Under the pieces are notes generated by a model that saw nothing but the letters and a program-made list of their open reading frames with translations, had not been told where the DNA came from and ran no database searches. The position numbers and the translations under genes were made by a program. Positions 19,183 to 29,700 of a stretch of DNA of 64,000 nucleotides are shown in pieces. The DNA is from Candidatus Poribacteria bacterium (GTDB lineage Bacteria > Poribacteria > WGA-4E > UBA9662): positions 9,278 through 73,277 of the forward strand of contig JAYGDX010000201.1 of the NCBI GenBank assembly GCA_046582655.1, written 5' to 3'. Every line of letters starts with the position of its first letter. The first letter of the stretch is position 1.

Positions 19183-21040
19183 ATTTGGTGCCAATTACAT
19201 TTTCTGGTTCATTTAAGTACTTGACCACACTATTTATTGTTTTAAATATCTCATCAGCGATAGTTGCTCAAGGCAATAAGGTGCTTCTAGCCAACGGAGG
19301 TTACGTCGACCTACAGGAAAAAGATCACTTTAAGATCAGGAATAGACAGATCACGCTGGAAGCTTGGGTCTATCAGGAAGAACCTTTACCTGTATGGTCC
19401 GGTATTTTTTCCTGTGTCTGGGATACCGGAAGCAGTGAAGGCGGATATGCTCTAATGTCAGATGGGAAGAGTGGGTTAATGTTTGAATTTGTTCCAAGTG
19501 GTTATAGTGCTCTTTTGCCCACTGCTCCTGATACGATCACGCTCAAACGCTGGCATCATGTTGCCGCAACTTATGATGGCCTAAAGATGCGGCTATACGT
19601 TAATGGCGAAGAAAAGGATGGGCAAGCAGTTGAATCAGACGGAATTGATTATGATCCGTCTAACAATCTTAGCATTGGAAGATTTCAGGATAATGATGAG
19701 AATTTTCGTTGGAGTGGAATGATCGATGAAGTTCGGCTTTGGAGCGTCACACGGTCCTCTGACCAGATTAAAGCCACAATGCATAGACGCCTGAAAGGTG
19801 ATGAAGCTGGATTAGTTGGATATTGGAATTTTGACGATGGAAGTCCAACTGATCGCTCAATTTACGCTAATCACGGTCAGTTGCACGACGGGGCTGAAAT
19901 TGTCTCAGCGGATCTAATACTTGCCGGTTCGAATGAGCCATTTTCAGCCGCCTTAGTTCGTGCGTTGACACAGACAGACACCAAGAATTTTGGAGAGATA
20001 ACTGAAACTCTCAGTCAGCTTGGGTCGAAAGCGACTGATGCTGTGCCTTTTTACAAGCTGAACTTGGTGTCGACAATCCAAAGGTTCAACTTCAAATTGC
20101 TTCAGCACTGTATAAGATTGATCCTTCAACAAAAGGAACGGTTGTTCCTGTTCTGATTGAGAGCTTAAAAGTTAGCGATCTAAATCTGCGAACTCAAATT
20201 GCTTCTAAGCTTTATGAAATTGATTCATCGTCGGTACGTAATGACATCATATCGCAGGTAATCCCTGCCCTTCAATCATCAGATAAGAGCGTTAGTGAGA
20301 TGGCAGCCGATTTGCTAGTTGGGATTGGCAAAAATACTGTCATGTTCATTATCCAACTGTTACAAGAAATTGGTTCCACAGCAGATACCACAGCAACTAT
20401 TTCCTCAATTCAAGTGCTCAGCCGTATCGGTCAGGATGCAAGTCCCGCAGTTCCTGTACTAATTGAGTTAGTACAGGAACCAGATTGGTTGGTTCGTGCA
20501 GAAGCAGTTGAGGCACTGGGTGAAATCGGTGAAGCTGCTTCTGCCGCAGTTCCCGTGCTGGTCAAGGTGTTAAATGATCCGAATGGGTCTGTACGTGGGA
20601 ATGCGACGCTCGCATTGGGGAAGATTCATGCCGTCTCAGCAATCTCAAACCTAGAACATCTGCTGAGTGACGAAAGTGCGTATGTTCGATCAAGTGCCGT
20701 GCAAACGTTAGGTAAGTTTAAAGGAGAAATCGGTTCGATTATCCCAAATTTGATAGAAAGGCTAGAAGACCCGGATAGTGAAGTGCGTTACCAAACCGCC
20801 TCCACTTTAGGAGAGATTAGAGCCCAATCCGCAATTCATGATTTAATTAAACTTCTTAAAGATCGTGATAGTCGTGTTAGGATAGTTGCTGTTGAAGCAC
20901 TCGGGAAACTTAAAGCTAAAGACGCCATTGTAAACCTCAAAAGAACTCTAGAGGACGAAGATCCGATTGTTCGTGTCTATGCTGCTTCAGCTCTGAAAAA
21001 AATCAGCATCGCTCCTCCGGTCAAGTCCGTGAATGATTAA
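19179..21040 (+). pseudogene. Secreted LamG-like jellyroll plus HEAT-repeat protein, split by a single frameshift at T5 (20048-20052)
   Basis: ORF 19179-20156 has a signal peptide and LamG motifs (TLEAWV, WHHVAATYDG, IDEVRLW, GLVGYWNFD). Adding one T to the run gives ..AVPFLQAELGVDNPKVQLQIASALYKID.., which stays open into HEAT ORF 20300-21040. Confidence 0.8.
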
Positions 21041-21071
21041 GAAGAAAGCCAAAACAAAAAGGTGAATCATT

Positions 21072-22001
21072 GTGGAAGAAAACGATATCCCTATAGCTGT
21101 TAATATTAATGGTATTAAGATGAAAACACCGGTTATGACAGCTTCGGGAACGTTTGGATACGGCAGTGAATATACTGACTTTGTTGATCTTAATCAACTT
21201 GGTGCTATCGTGGTCAAAGGTATTACTAATGTCCCGTGGACTGGTAATGAAATGCCGCGTATTGCTGAAACGCCTCAGGGGATGCTGAATTCAATTGGGT
21301 TGCAGAATGTGGGTGTTGAACGGTTTATCGATGAAAAACTGCCTTATCTCAGGTCCTTTGATGTCCCCGTAATTGTCAATGTCTGCGGCAAGATGGAGGA
21401 AGAGTATATTGAAGTTGTTGAGAAACTGTCTGAGGCAGGAAATATAGCATCCATTGAACTCAATATCTCCTGTCCGAATCTGAATTGTGGAGGGATGAGT
21501 TTTGGGGTTGATCCCAATCTGACGTATCAGCTTGTTCAGCGTGTTCGGGAAAGGACGGATCTGCCGTTGCTGGTAAAATTATCGCCCAATGTAACCGATG
21601 TCACCGAAATTGCGATAGCAGCGGAGGATGCAGGCGCCGATGGGCTCTCGGCTATTAACACATTACTTGGCATGGGAATTGACATTAAGACCCGCAAACC
21701 GTTGATTGCCAATATGGTCGCTGGTCTGTCTGGTCCAGCGATTAAACCGGTTGCCTTGAGAGTGGTATGGCAGGTTTACAATACGGTAAAAATCCCGATC
21801 ATCGGAATGGGTGGCATTATGACAGCGGAGGACGCCATTGAATTTTTTGTAGCAGGTGCGTCAGCTGTAGCGGTTGGTACAGCCAATTTTATCAATCCCA
21901 GCGCTTCAATTGATATTGTGGCCGGAATTCGGAAATATCTGAATCAACACCAGATAGGTTCGCTTCAAAAACTGATCGGCAGTTTGGAGGTCGTAGCATG
22001 A
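21072..22001 (+). CDS. pyrD: Dihydroorotate dehydrogenase, family 1B catalytic subunit
   Basis: TASGTFGYG, MLNSIGLQN, ELNISCPN, VKLSPN, AINT, GLSGPAIKP, IIGMGGI. Confidence 0.95.
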   Translation: MEENDIPIAVNINGIKMKTPVMTASGTFGYGSEYTDFVDLNQLGAIVVKGITNVPWTGNEMPRIAETPQGMLNSIGLQNVGVERFIDEKLPYLRSFDVPVIVNVCGKMEEEYIEVVEKLSEAGNIASIELNISCPNLNCGGMSFGVDPNLTYQLVQRVRERTDLPLLVKLSPNVTDVTEIAIAAEDAGADGLSAINTLLGMGIDIKTRKPLIANMVAGLSGPAIKPVALRVVWQVYNTVKIPIIGMGGIMTAEDAIEFFVAGASAVAVGTANFINPSASIDIVAGIRKYLNQHQIGSLQKLIGSLEVVA

Positions 22002-23077
22002 GGGATGTTGTCACGCTTGACGATCTATCAAATTTTGAGATTGAACAAATTTTTCGATTGGCAGACCAGATGAAAGAGCAAACTGCTACTTGGTCGGGTT
22101 TCTGTAAAGGGAAAATTTTAGCTACCCTGTTTTTTGAACCCAGTACACGGACTCGACTTTCGTTTGAAAGCGCGATTGGCCGGCTTGATGGTCGGGCGTT
22201 GGGTTTTGCCGATCCGGCCTCCTCCTCAATCGCCAAAGGCGAGACCATTGCGGATACAGCACGAATGGTTGCCAATTATGCTGACCTGATCGCTATTCGG
22301 CACAACTGGGCTGGTTCAGCACGTGTGATGGCAGAATATGCACAAGTCCCGGTCATAAACTGTGGTGATGGTGGGCACAGTCACCCAACCCAAGGGTTGA
22401 TCGATCTCTACACAATTGTAAAACGGCAGGGAACTATCCAGAAAAAAACTATTGGTATTTGCGGGGATCTCCGATACAGCCGTGCCTCGCATTCTTTGGC
22501 TATCGGAGTCGCCAGATTTGGCGGACAATTGGTTCATATCGCTCCTTCAGAGTTTCAAATGCCAGAATGGGTTCTTACCAAGCTGAAATATGTTTATGAT
22601 GCTGAACCCGTGGAGGCAGGCCGAATTTCCGAAGTCATCGGTGATCTCGATGTAATCTACGTCAATCGGTTGCAAGCAGAACGGCTTCCACCGGAAATAG
22701 ACCCGCAGTCGGCACAGAAAGCTTATCAGCTGAACGCAACGATCATGGAAGAAGCCAAATTGTCATCTATGATTATGCATCCATTACCGCGCGTTAACGA
22801 ATTGGCATATGAGTTAGATAGCGATCCACGAGCAGCCTACTTTGAACAATCGGCAAACGGTGTACCGATAAGAATGGCACTGATGGTCAGCCTGCTGGGT
22901 TTAGAACATTTGGTTCTGACCAAACCGCCAGAACAAAAGATTATGGAAGATTTGCAACAGTGTGGAAATCCGAATTGTATCACCAGTCAGGAAGGCTATA
23001 TTCTTTCGAAGTCAGAGGTCATCTGTAGCCAACCGATGGTTAGGGTCTGTGCTTACTGTAACGAATTGAAAGATTAG
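21998..23077 (+). CDS. pyrB: Aspartate carbamoyltransferase catalytic chain with a C-terminal PyrI-like Zn-binding domain
   Basis: FFEPSTRTRLSFE, KGET..DT, HPTQ, MHPLPR, NGVPIRMAL; tail CGNPNCITSQE..RVCAYC. Confidence 0.93.
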   Translation: MRDVVTLDDLSNFEIEQIFRLADQMKEQTATWSGFCKGKILATLFFEPSTRTRLSFESAIGRLDGRALGFADPASSSIAKGETIADTARMVANYADLIAIRHNWAGSARVMAEYAQVPVINCGDGGHSHPTQGLIDLYTIVKRQGTIQKKTIGICGDLRYSRASHSLAIGVARFGGQLVHIAPSEFQMPEWVLTKLKYVYDAEPVEAGRISEVIGDLDVIYVNRLQAERLPPEIDPQSAQKAYQLNATIMEEAKLSSMIMHPLPRVNELAYELDSDPRAAYFEQSANGVPIRMALMVSLLGLEHLVLTKPPEQKIMEDLQQCGNPNCITSQEGYILSKSEVICSQPMVRVCAYCNELKD

Positions 23078-23104
23078 AACTGTACTGAATGAGGCAAGAA
23101 CTTA

Positions 23105-25756
23105 TCATTTGCGAATGCTAGGCTGGATGGTGCAATTCGGACACGCATCTTTTAGGTGCTGGCGTCGGATTTCCCAGAGGTCCGACGCTTTAACCAAGGC
23201 TGCGTCAGCCTTACCTACTTTACCCAGTCGTTGTAAGCCGAGGTTGTTAAGAGCAGTATCCAGTTCAGCAGGTGAGACGGGACAAACTCCGGCGCGAAAA
23301 GCCAGTCCCTTGACCTCTGCCACCGTACCATCCGATGTTACAACGCGATCAATATTGCCAAAAGGATCAATACAACCACACGGCATCGACACTTCAGCTA
23401 CGTGATAGGCGGTACTGGATTCATGTGTGACACCCAAAGACAAAATATATCCACCACCGTGGATGAGCCTACCGATTGGACTGTCTTCGGCCCAGATACC
23501 GATTTCAAGGTGACCCTCGCAATATTCTGCTGCTTTGGGGCCGATAGCAGTTACGGCATGGGTTGGATGGAGGCTGCGCACTGCCTCCATCCGCCGCCAC
23601 ATTGCCTCTGGAATCGCACCATTGATAGTCGGCGTAGTCATCGGATTAAAAATCTCAGCACTCCGATGATTAAATGACGGCATCATTAGGGTTCCCTGAT
23701 CACCGATCACTTCTAGCAAGGCTTCGACAACCATGTTGGCACCGCCGATAGGGTAGCCAATCTGAGACAAAGAACTGTGGACCATCAAATTCATTCCGGA
23801 TTCTAAGCCGAGTTGATGCAGGTTGGTAACTAATTGTGATTTTGAGATCCTATCTTTGGCTTTGATTAATTTGACATACCCAAGTTCTTGGTGGGCTTCG
23901 AAGAAATTTGTAACTTGTCGCAAAGTGACTTTTTTCCCGTACTCAACTGAAAGTGCATCAGCAATTTCTTCTAAGGATCTGTTGCTATCTGCCCAGAATA
24001 GTGCCCAAGGTTTGAGGCGGGATTTCTCCATTTTTAACCGTATCTCTGAATTAGTGTTATTTCCCCAATCAGGTGAGAGAACAGCTGTTCGATGCGGATA
24101 AACTTGATTATTGATCTCTCCTTTCTGAGTTCGTGCTTTTCTGAAGGTAACAGGTCGGGACATAATACTTGAAGCCGCTTCTTGTACTTGATGTTGGCAA
24201 TTGTCCAAATGAACTAGAATCTCTTTCCGATCTCCTCCCCACATCCAGCGTTTCAGACGATTAATTGTCTCTCGATGACCGTGACAAATATAATCTACTT
24301 TGGCTTTTAATCTTTGAGGTGATTTCCGTAATTGACTAATTGTCCGATCAGTTTCGGCTGTTGCCAGTTCAATCACTTCCTGACTGCCCGCGTCAGCCAA
24401 ATAGTAAAGATATCCCGCTATAGCGGTTACACAGGTGACTAATCCTTTTGGATCGATTAGATTGATGGTGTCGGCTGAAGAATGGTAGGCATCAAACCCT
24501 ATGTTCTGATCTTGATGATGAGTAGTCAGCCAAGGTGCCGGAAAACCGTACTTAGGATCGCCAATCAGCGTATCGGAAGTTGAAACAAACGGTTCCAAAT
24601 AAAGTTGGTACCCCGGACTGCTCAGGTTAAGGGTCGCATGAATGATAGCTTCACCCACTCGGTCGACAAAACCGGCTGACATCGGAATCGTGGCATGCCA
24701 TTCCAACCTACCGTCGCAGACCTCAGATTTTGATCCAATAGTGTCGACAACCACACCGGCAAGTGGCGTCTGAAGGTATCTGGTATCCTCAAGGTATTTG
24801 AAGAAACCATAGCATTCATAAGCGCTAAGTAAACGGATACTGCGCTTGGGACGCGGCAGCAGTTTTTGGGCGATCAACTCTGCCATTATTCGAGCAATTT
24901 CAACGCACAACGCCACTCCGGAAGCATTGTCATGTGCTCCGGGTTCTGCGCTATGGGCCAATACCCAGAGTTCATCTTGCGGATCGTCTGCACCACGGAT
25001 GATTCCACTGACCACATCGTGCGAACCATGGTACCGATCAATATCGACTTGAGTACGTACCACCACTTTGCCGTGCTCCTTGAGCAATTGACGCAATTCA
25101 GCACCTTGTGTCTTTGAAATCACTAATCCTACAAAATCTTGTTGGTTTCCTGTTACACCAATAGGAATGCCACCCCAACCAAATTTAGTCCAGCCGATCG
25201 CATCGGATAAGTTGGGGATTGGCCGATCTGTTATGACTCCAACAGCTCCTGTGTCAATCAATTTTTGTAGATGGTGGCGAGGATTTAAGTCTGTCAGCAC
25301 CATCTTACCTACTAACCCTTTGGCGGAGATTCGGTCGAGTTCTTTCCGCGAATCAATAATGACTATCTTGCTTTCTATGCCTGCAGCAGGTGTGGAACCA
25401 CTCCATTGAATGAGATGCCACGGATTGTCCTGGTAATCCAGCAATCGTTGACCTACCGGATTAATGATATCGACCGTTGCCTTATTGATATCAGCTGCCT
25501 GATGAATAATCCAGCGACCTGAGCCCATTTCCCCACCAGTTGGTAAGGAAGCAACCTCCACATCTACTCCAGCTTCTTGGTAGTAACGGACCAACGTCTT
25601 AGTGGTATCATGAAAACGATTAAAGGAATTCCACTGATCGGTTTCAATGATTGTAGCTACAGCCTCCATTATTCGGTCCTCTTTTACATGATGGTCCAGT
25701 AATGGCAAAGTTTTTTGACAAAAATTTGTCAGTGAAAGAGGTGTTCGCCAAGCCAT
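23105..25756 (-). CDS. Fusion of an M28/DUF4910-like Zn peptidase and an AAC(3)-family N-acetyltransferase
   Basis: N-terminal part: AHSAEPGAHDNASG, YE, YHSSADT. C-terminal part: MVHSSLSQIG, GTLMMPSF, RSLHPTHAV.AIG, LGV..ESSTAYHVAE. Confidence 0.8.
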   Translation of the reverse strand: MAWRTPLSLTNFCQKTLPLLDHHVKEDRIMEAVATIIETDQWNSFNRFHDTTKTLVRYYQEAGVDVEVASLPTGGEMGSGRWIIHQAADINKATVDIINPVGQRLLDYQDNPWHLIQWSGSTPAAGIESKIVIIDSRKELDRISAKGLVGKMVLTDLNPRHHLQKLIDTGAVGVITDRPIPNLSDAIGWTKFGWGGIPIGVTGNQQDFVGLVISKTQGAELRQLLKEHGKVVVRTQVDIDRYHGSHDVVSGIIRGADDPQDELWVLAHSAEPGAHDNASGVALCVEIARIMAELIAQKLLPRPKRSIRLLSAYECYGFFKYLEDTRYLQTPLAGVVVDTIGSKSEVCDGRLEWHATIPMSAGFVDRVGEAIIHATLNLSSPGYQLYLEPFVSTSDTLIGDPKYGFPAPWLTTHHQDQNIGFDAYHSSADTINLIDPKGLVTCVTAIAGYLYYLADAGSQEVIELATAETDRTISQLRKSPQRLKAKVDYICHGHRETINRLKRWMWGGDRKEILVHLDNCQHQVQEAASSIMSRPVTFRKARTQKGEINNQVYPHRTAVLSPDWGNNTNSEIRLKMEKSRLKPWALFWADSNRSLEEIADALSVEYGKKVTLRQVTNFFEAHQELGYVKLIKAKDRISKSQLVTNLHQLGLESGMNLMVHSSLSQIGYPIGGANMVVEALLEVIGDQGTLMMPSFNHRSAEIFNPMTTPTINGAIPEAMWRRMEAVRSLHPTHAVTAIGPKAAEYCEGHLEIGIWAEDSPIGRLIHGGGYILSLGVTHESSTAYHVAEVSMPCGCIDPFGNIDRVVTSDGTVAEVKGLAFRAGVCPVSPAELDTALNNLGLQRLGKVGKADAALVKASDLWEIRRQHLKDACPNCTIQPSIRK

Positions 25757-26049
25757 AGATTACTCCTTGTAGTTAAGGCTAGGACAGATCAATAAAAAAT
25801 CTAAATTGACAGCCACCACTATAATACCTACATTAACCAGGGGTAAATCGGAAAAACCCATCCGCGCAGTCGAACCAACTAGAAATCGCGTACCGGGAAA
25901 ATTAACAACAGCTACACTGACCCAAGATAGCATTTTACTCCGAAACATCCCGAGTTTAGAGATACTCTCGGATTTTTGCGAAACTTAAATGTGCGAAAAT
26001 CCAGTATAGAAAAGATAGACTTTTATAATACATGTTCAGTTTTTGACTC

Positions 26050-27198
26050 TCAATTACCAAAATATTCTTTTGGTGATCTTGTACCTTGAGGGGGCACTGA
26101 GCCCGCAACGATATGACTGTCAGCAAGTTGGAAGGCAATAACCAGAGGGAATTTACCTTTCGGAGCACCTCCCGTATATAGTCCTTCACCCCAAAAATTT
26201 CCCTTAGCCAGAAGATCAAAGCGCTCGAACTGTTTCTGGGTTACATTATATTCCAAGATACCGCTTAGATGTGTTACAAAACCGCGATCTTTTTCGTCCG
26301 CTTCAAGACACGCGGAACCTTCCACAGAAAGTGAAACGTTTTCAGGTGTTTTTTCCATAACGGTTAAGTTCATTTCAGCATCTTTGATGTTATCTGTATT
26401 CCACATCGATGGCTCGCCTCGTACATTATCAACAAGGTGAAACCGTACAATCCGTTCAAGAATTGACTTCGGTATTGGATATTGATCGCCTAATTCTGCT
26501 GGCTGTGAAAACATGGAGCGCCATTCCTCTTCGGTTAACCAAACGTGATCACGACCGGTGGAGAGGTTCCGTGACCATTGATCAGTGGAAAGACCAAGTT
26601 CGCTTTTCGTCAGAAGTATCCTACTGTACGTGTTGAGGATAATACCGTTTGGCGGCGGTTGTCGATCGTACCTGGCATCGGCATGGAATTGGAGTGTGTC
26701 TTCATAGATTTGACCTGCACAGAATTTAATTAATGAGTCGTCGATGAGTGATTTTACGATTTCTGGATCCCGATGGTTTCGAAAGTTGAGAAGCGTGCCG
26801 TCGGCTGTAAAATGATAGATTCCTTGTCGAATCTGTTCCTGCATCACTGGTTTATCGTAATGTTGTTGAATTAGGTTGTGAACGAACCTGCCTTTTTCGT
26901 CTTCCTGCCGCCGCAAGTACCAGATGTCGATGGCTACCGGCACAAAATTTTTCTGGACAAGTTGAATCAATTTCGGGTCTGAAAACATAGACACACGGTC
27001 TGTCACTCCGTTGTTTCAGGTACATCCTAGCGGGTGTCCATCCATCGCCCACATGAAGATCGGCTTGCCAGTCTGGTATGCTTGCCGACGAGCCTTCCAG
27101 AGATCGATTTCCCAATTAATTTTTGTCCACGTTTCCTTAGGTGGAATGACTGAAGTATGGAGTGTTTCAAACTCGTTGATATTTAGTTTTGTCAGCAT
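26050..27198 (-). CDS. Putative selenoprotein with a thioredoxin-like N-terminal domain (C-T-U motif); in-frame TGA at 27016-27018
   Basis: The 60-aa and 318-aa ORFs share one frame, separated by TGA plus 3 sense codons: ..GKPIFMWAMDGHPLGCT-(TGA)-NNGVTDRVSMFSDPKLIQLVQKNFVPVAID.. forms a continuous thioredoxin-like fold (382 aa if read through). Confidence 0.78.
26981..27008 (-). promoter_or_regulatory. Candidate bacterial SECIS hairpin just 3' of the UGA
   Basis: mRNA UGA-AACAACGGAGUG-ACAGAC-CGUGU-GUCUAUGU-UUUC: an AGAC/GUCU upper stem with a 5-nt G-containing loop starting 18 nt after the UGA, and a weaker bulged lower stem. Confidence 0.45.
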
Positions 27199-27453
27199 GA
27201 TGGTGTAGGTAAATTAACAACGCCTACTTTTCTTGTGTTGCGGTAAATATGTATTCGTTGTTAAATTCACTATACTGTAGCAGATTAAGTAATGTCAATC
27301 AGGTAAGGGTATATGAAGTTTATAGAGATTGGTAAAGGATCTCTCTCATCAGTTAGAGATGTGTCGTAAGTTCATCAGTCGATAGAAACTAATTGTTATT
27401 CGGTTTCTCGTTGTAGTTGGGAGAATAATCGTCTTCTCAACTGTAAAGTCATA

Positions 27454-28506
27454 TTATTTCCAGTGAGTATCGAAATGGTCATAATTTGTGAAGGTAATTT
27501 GATCAACTTGACCTGTAAACGTATCCATAACGAATATCTGATTTACTCGGCGTTGTCTTTGATCACGAGAGATAAATGCAACCCAATCCCCATCTGGACT
27601 CCATGTTGCATCCCAACCTGGCATCATACTCAAATTAACAATCTCCACAAATTTACCTTGATTAATAGAGGCAACACATATCTCTCCTGGCTTATTATCT
27701 TTGACTTTAGTGTAAAAAAGAATGCGATCTCCAGATGGCGACCATTTCTCGATTTTTTGACACACAGGTTCAGAATATTGTTGAAACCACACACCTGTGG
27801 CACCTGTTGTTTCAACTTCAGCTATCGCCAGTAAATTGTCTGTCACAAATGCAATCCAATTTCCATCAGGTGACCATTCGGGCCAACTGACTTCTTTGGG
27901 AAGTGCTTTAATAAGCTTTTGTTTTGGTTTAACCACTTCAGAATTTGCGTTCCAATGGTACCACCCCTCGGTCCATCTTGGCATCCGTCTTCGGCCTTCC
28001 TTACCCCCTTTAAGCGTGACGACAACGTTCTCGATTGGATCCCTTGGTCTGTCCACTTCCAGTGCAACTAGAAGTGTCTGGCTATCGGGCGACCACCAAA
28101 AATCAATTATTCGGTACTGTCGCTTCAACAATTCTTTATTATTTGTACCATCCGGTTTCATAACTACCAGCGATTCTTTGAAATCCAAACCGGAAACATA
28201 TGCAATCCAATTTCCGTTGGGAGACCAGCGCGGTCGTCGACTGATATCATCATCGGTTAGTTGTTTCAAATCCGTTCCATCTGGATTAATAGTGCAGATA
28301 TTGTAAGCATAAAATTCCCACCAATTCTTTCGGTTCGCGCTTCGAAGCGTTTCGGTTGTTATCCGAAAACCGTTGAGATTTCGAAATGGTTTTCGAGCGG
28401 CAAACACAATTTCCCCTTTGCCTTCAGATTGGCCGTTGACCCAATCGGCAGCAAAATATGTTGCCATGACAACGACAGCGATGCCAAACAGATTTTTGAT
28501 TCTCAT
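27454..28506 (-). CDS. Secreted TolB-like beta-propeller (PD40 repeats)
   Basis: Signal peptide; repeated WSPNG/WSPDS/WSPDG/WSPSG..IAF motifs. Confidence 0.85.
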   Translation of the reverse strand: MRIKNLFGIAVVVMATYFAADWVNGQSEGKGEIVFAARKPFRNLNGFRITTETLRSANRKNWWEFYAYNICTINPDGTDLKQLTDDDISRRPRWSPNGNWIAYVSGLDFKESLVVMKPDGTNNKELLKRQYRIIDFWWSPDSQTLLVALEVDRPRDPIENVVVTLKGGKEGRRRMPRWTEGWYHWNANSEVVKPKQKLIKALPKEVSWPEWSPDGNWIAFVTDNLLAIAEVETTGATGVWFQQYSEPVCQKIEKWSPSGDRILFYTKVKDNKPGEICVASINQGKFVEIVNLSMMPGWDATWSPDGDWVAFISRDQRQRRVNQIFVMDTFTGQVDQITFTNYDHFDTHWK

Positions 28507-28840
28507 TTTTGAACCCTTCTACTGTTATGAGCTGCAGGAACACTTCAGTAATTGCGAGTTGCTGATAGGATAAATTCAAATACCTAAGTGGCAACAAATG
28601 CAAATTTATTTATCTTCAACAAAATGTAGGCTGAGTCCAACTAATTTGCTAAGCCTCTGCACAACGCGTCCTTCAATCACCTTTATAAACGCATAATTGG
28701 GATTGTATTTAAAATTTAATTTTAGCACAAGTCTAATGATATAGCATTCAAGCCTAAGTTGGCTTAATGTTTGTTTCTCCGTTGATAAAATAATTAAGTT
28801 CTGCATATCGCCTGAGAATACGAACGAAAAAAAGGTGAAA

Positions 28841-29700
28841 ATGGGCTATTCACTGACTGAAGTGGTCGATACTCTGAAGACGCAGGGTATGTCACTATGG
28901 AAGGCGTATTCTCGGAACAGGAGATAGTCGAATTCCGCGGACATCTAGGCAAGACAGTCAAAGAGTGTCTCAGGTCAAATTTACAAACGGCCTGCCGATA
29001 AGCTGTTGACTTGGGCTAAGGGTACAGTCTGGTTGCTCTGGGATTTTTATATGCTGTCTGCTAAGACGGATTGTCGTTTACTCGACATCCTGTGATCCTA
29101 AAGGTACTGGAGACAACGCTGGGCGAACCAGCCGTGCACTTTAGCATCGGAACCCTGTTCGACAAAGTTGCCAATAGTGACCATCAGATCGGATGGTACC
29201 AAGATACTTTCTTTGTTCTTGAGCTACCTGAAAACCGAGAATTCAACCTCGAGGGACACCGGTACTAATTCGGCTACCTCCATGTTAGCATGCTCTAGAT
29301 GAATTTTGGAAAAGACTATTATAAGCGAACAATCATTTAAGAATCCACATCGACGAGCAAACGGTCAAAAACGGGGCAATGCGTGTGACGCTGCGATTTC
29401 ATTATCAAGTAAGCACTTGAGTTCAAAGAGGCGCTGAGAATTATATTGCAAGGCATGAATTGAAGTCGGTTATTTGCACCTTCAATAAGTCAGGTACCTG
29501 AAAGTACTCATCGCCGTGTTGTTTCTCACCGAATGCGTTGTCTAAATCTGAAGGTTCCCAGGTGGGAATGGCCGACAGATTTTAAACCCTGCGTTTGTTC
29601 CAGCCTAGTCAGTTTCGGGCTTCAAACTCAATCCGCCAGATTGAGCATTTACCACTTATATCAGTTGGATCTTTTACTTCTAAAATGTACTTTTTTTGCT
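28841..29700 (+). pseudogene. Degraded PhyH-family dioxygenase
   Basis: RBS plus ATG 28841 (MGYSLTEVVDTLKTQG, frameshift, YVTMEGVFSEQEIVEFR), then HPVILKVLETTLG..LFDK....IGWYQD, and HIDEQTVKNGAMRV, with several stops and frameshifts. 3' end approximate. Confidence 0.7.

Noticed and set aside
23105..23850. Acquired aminoglycoside-resistance gene
   Set aside because: The AAC(3)-fold domain is fused to a peptidase in a non-mobile context, so resistance cannot be inferred.
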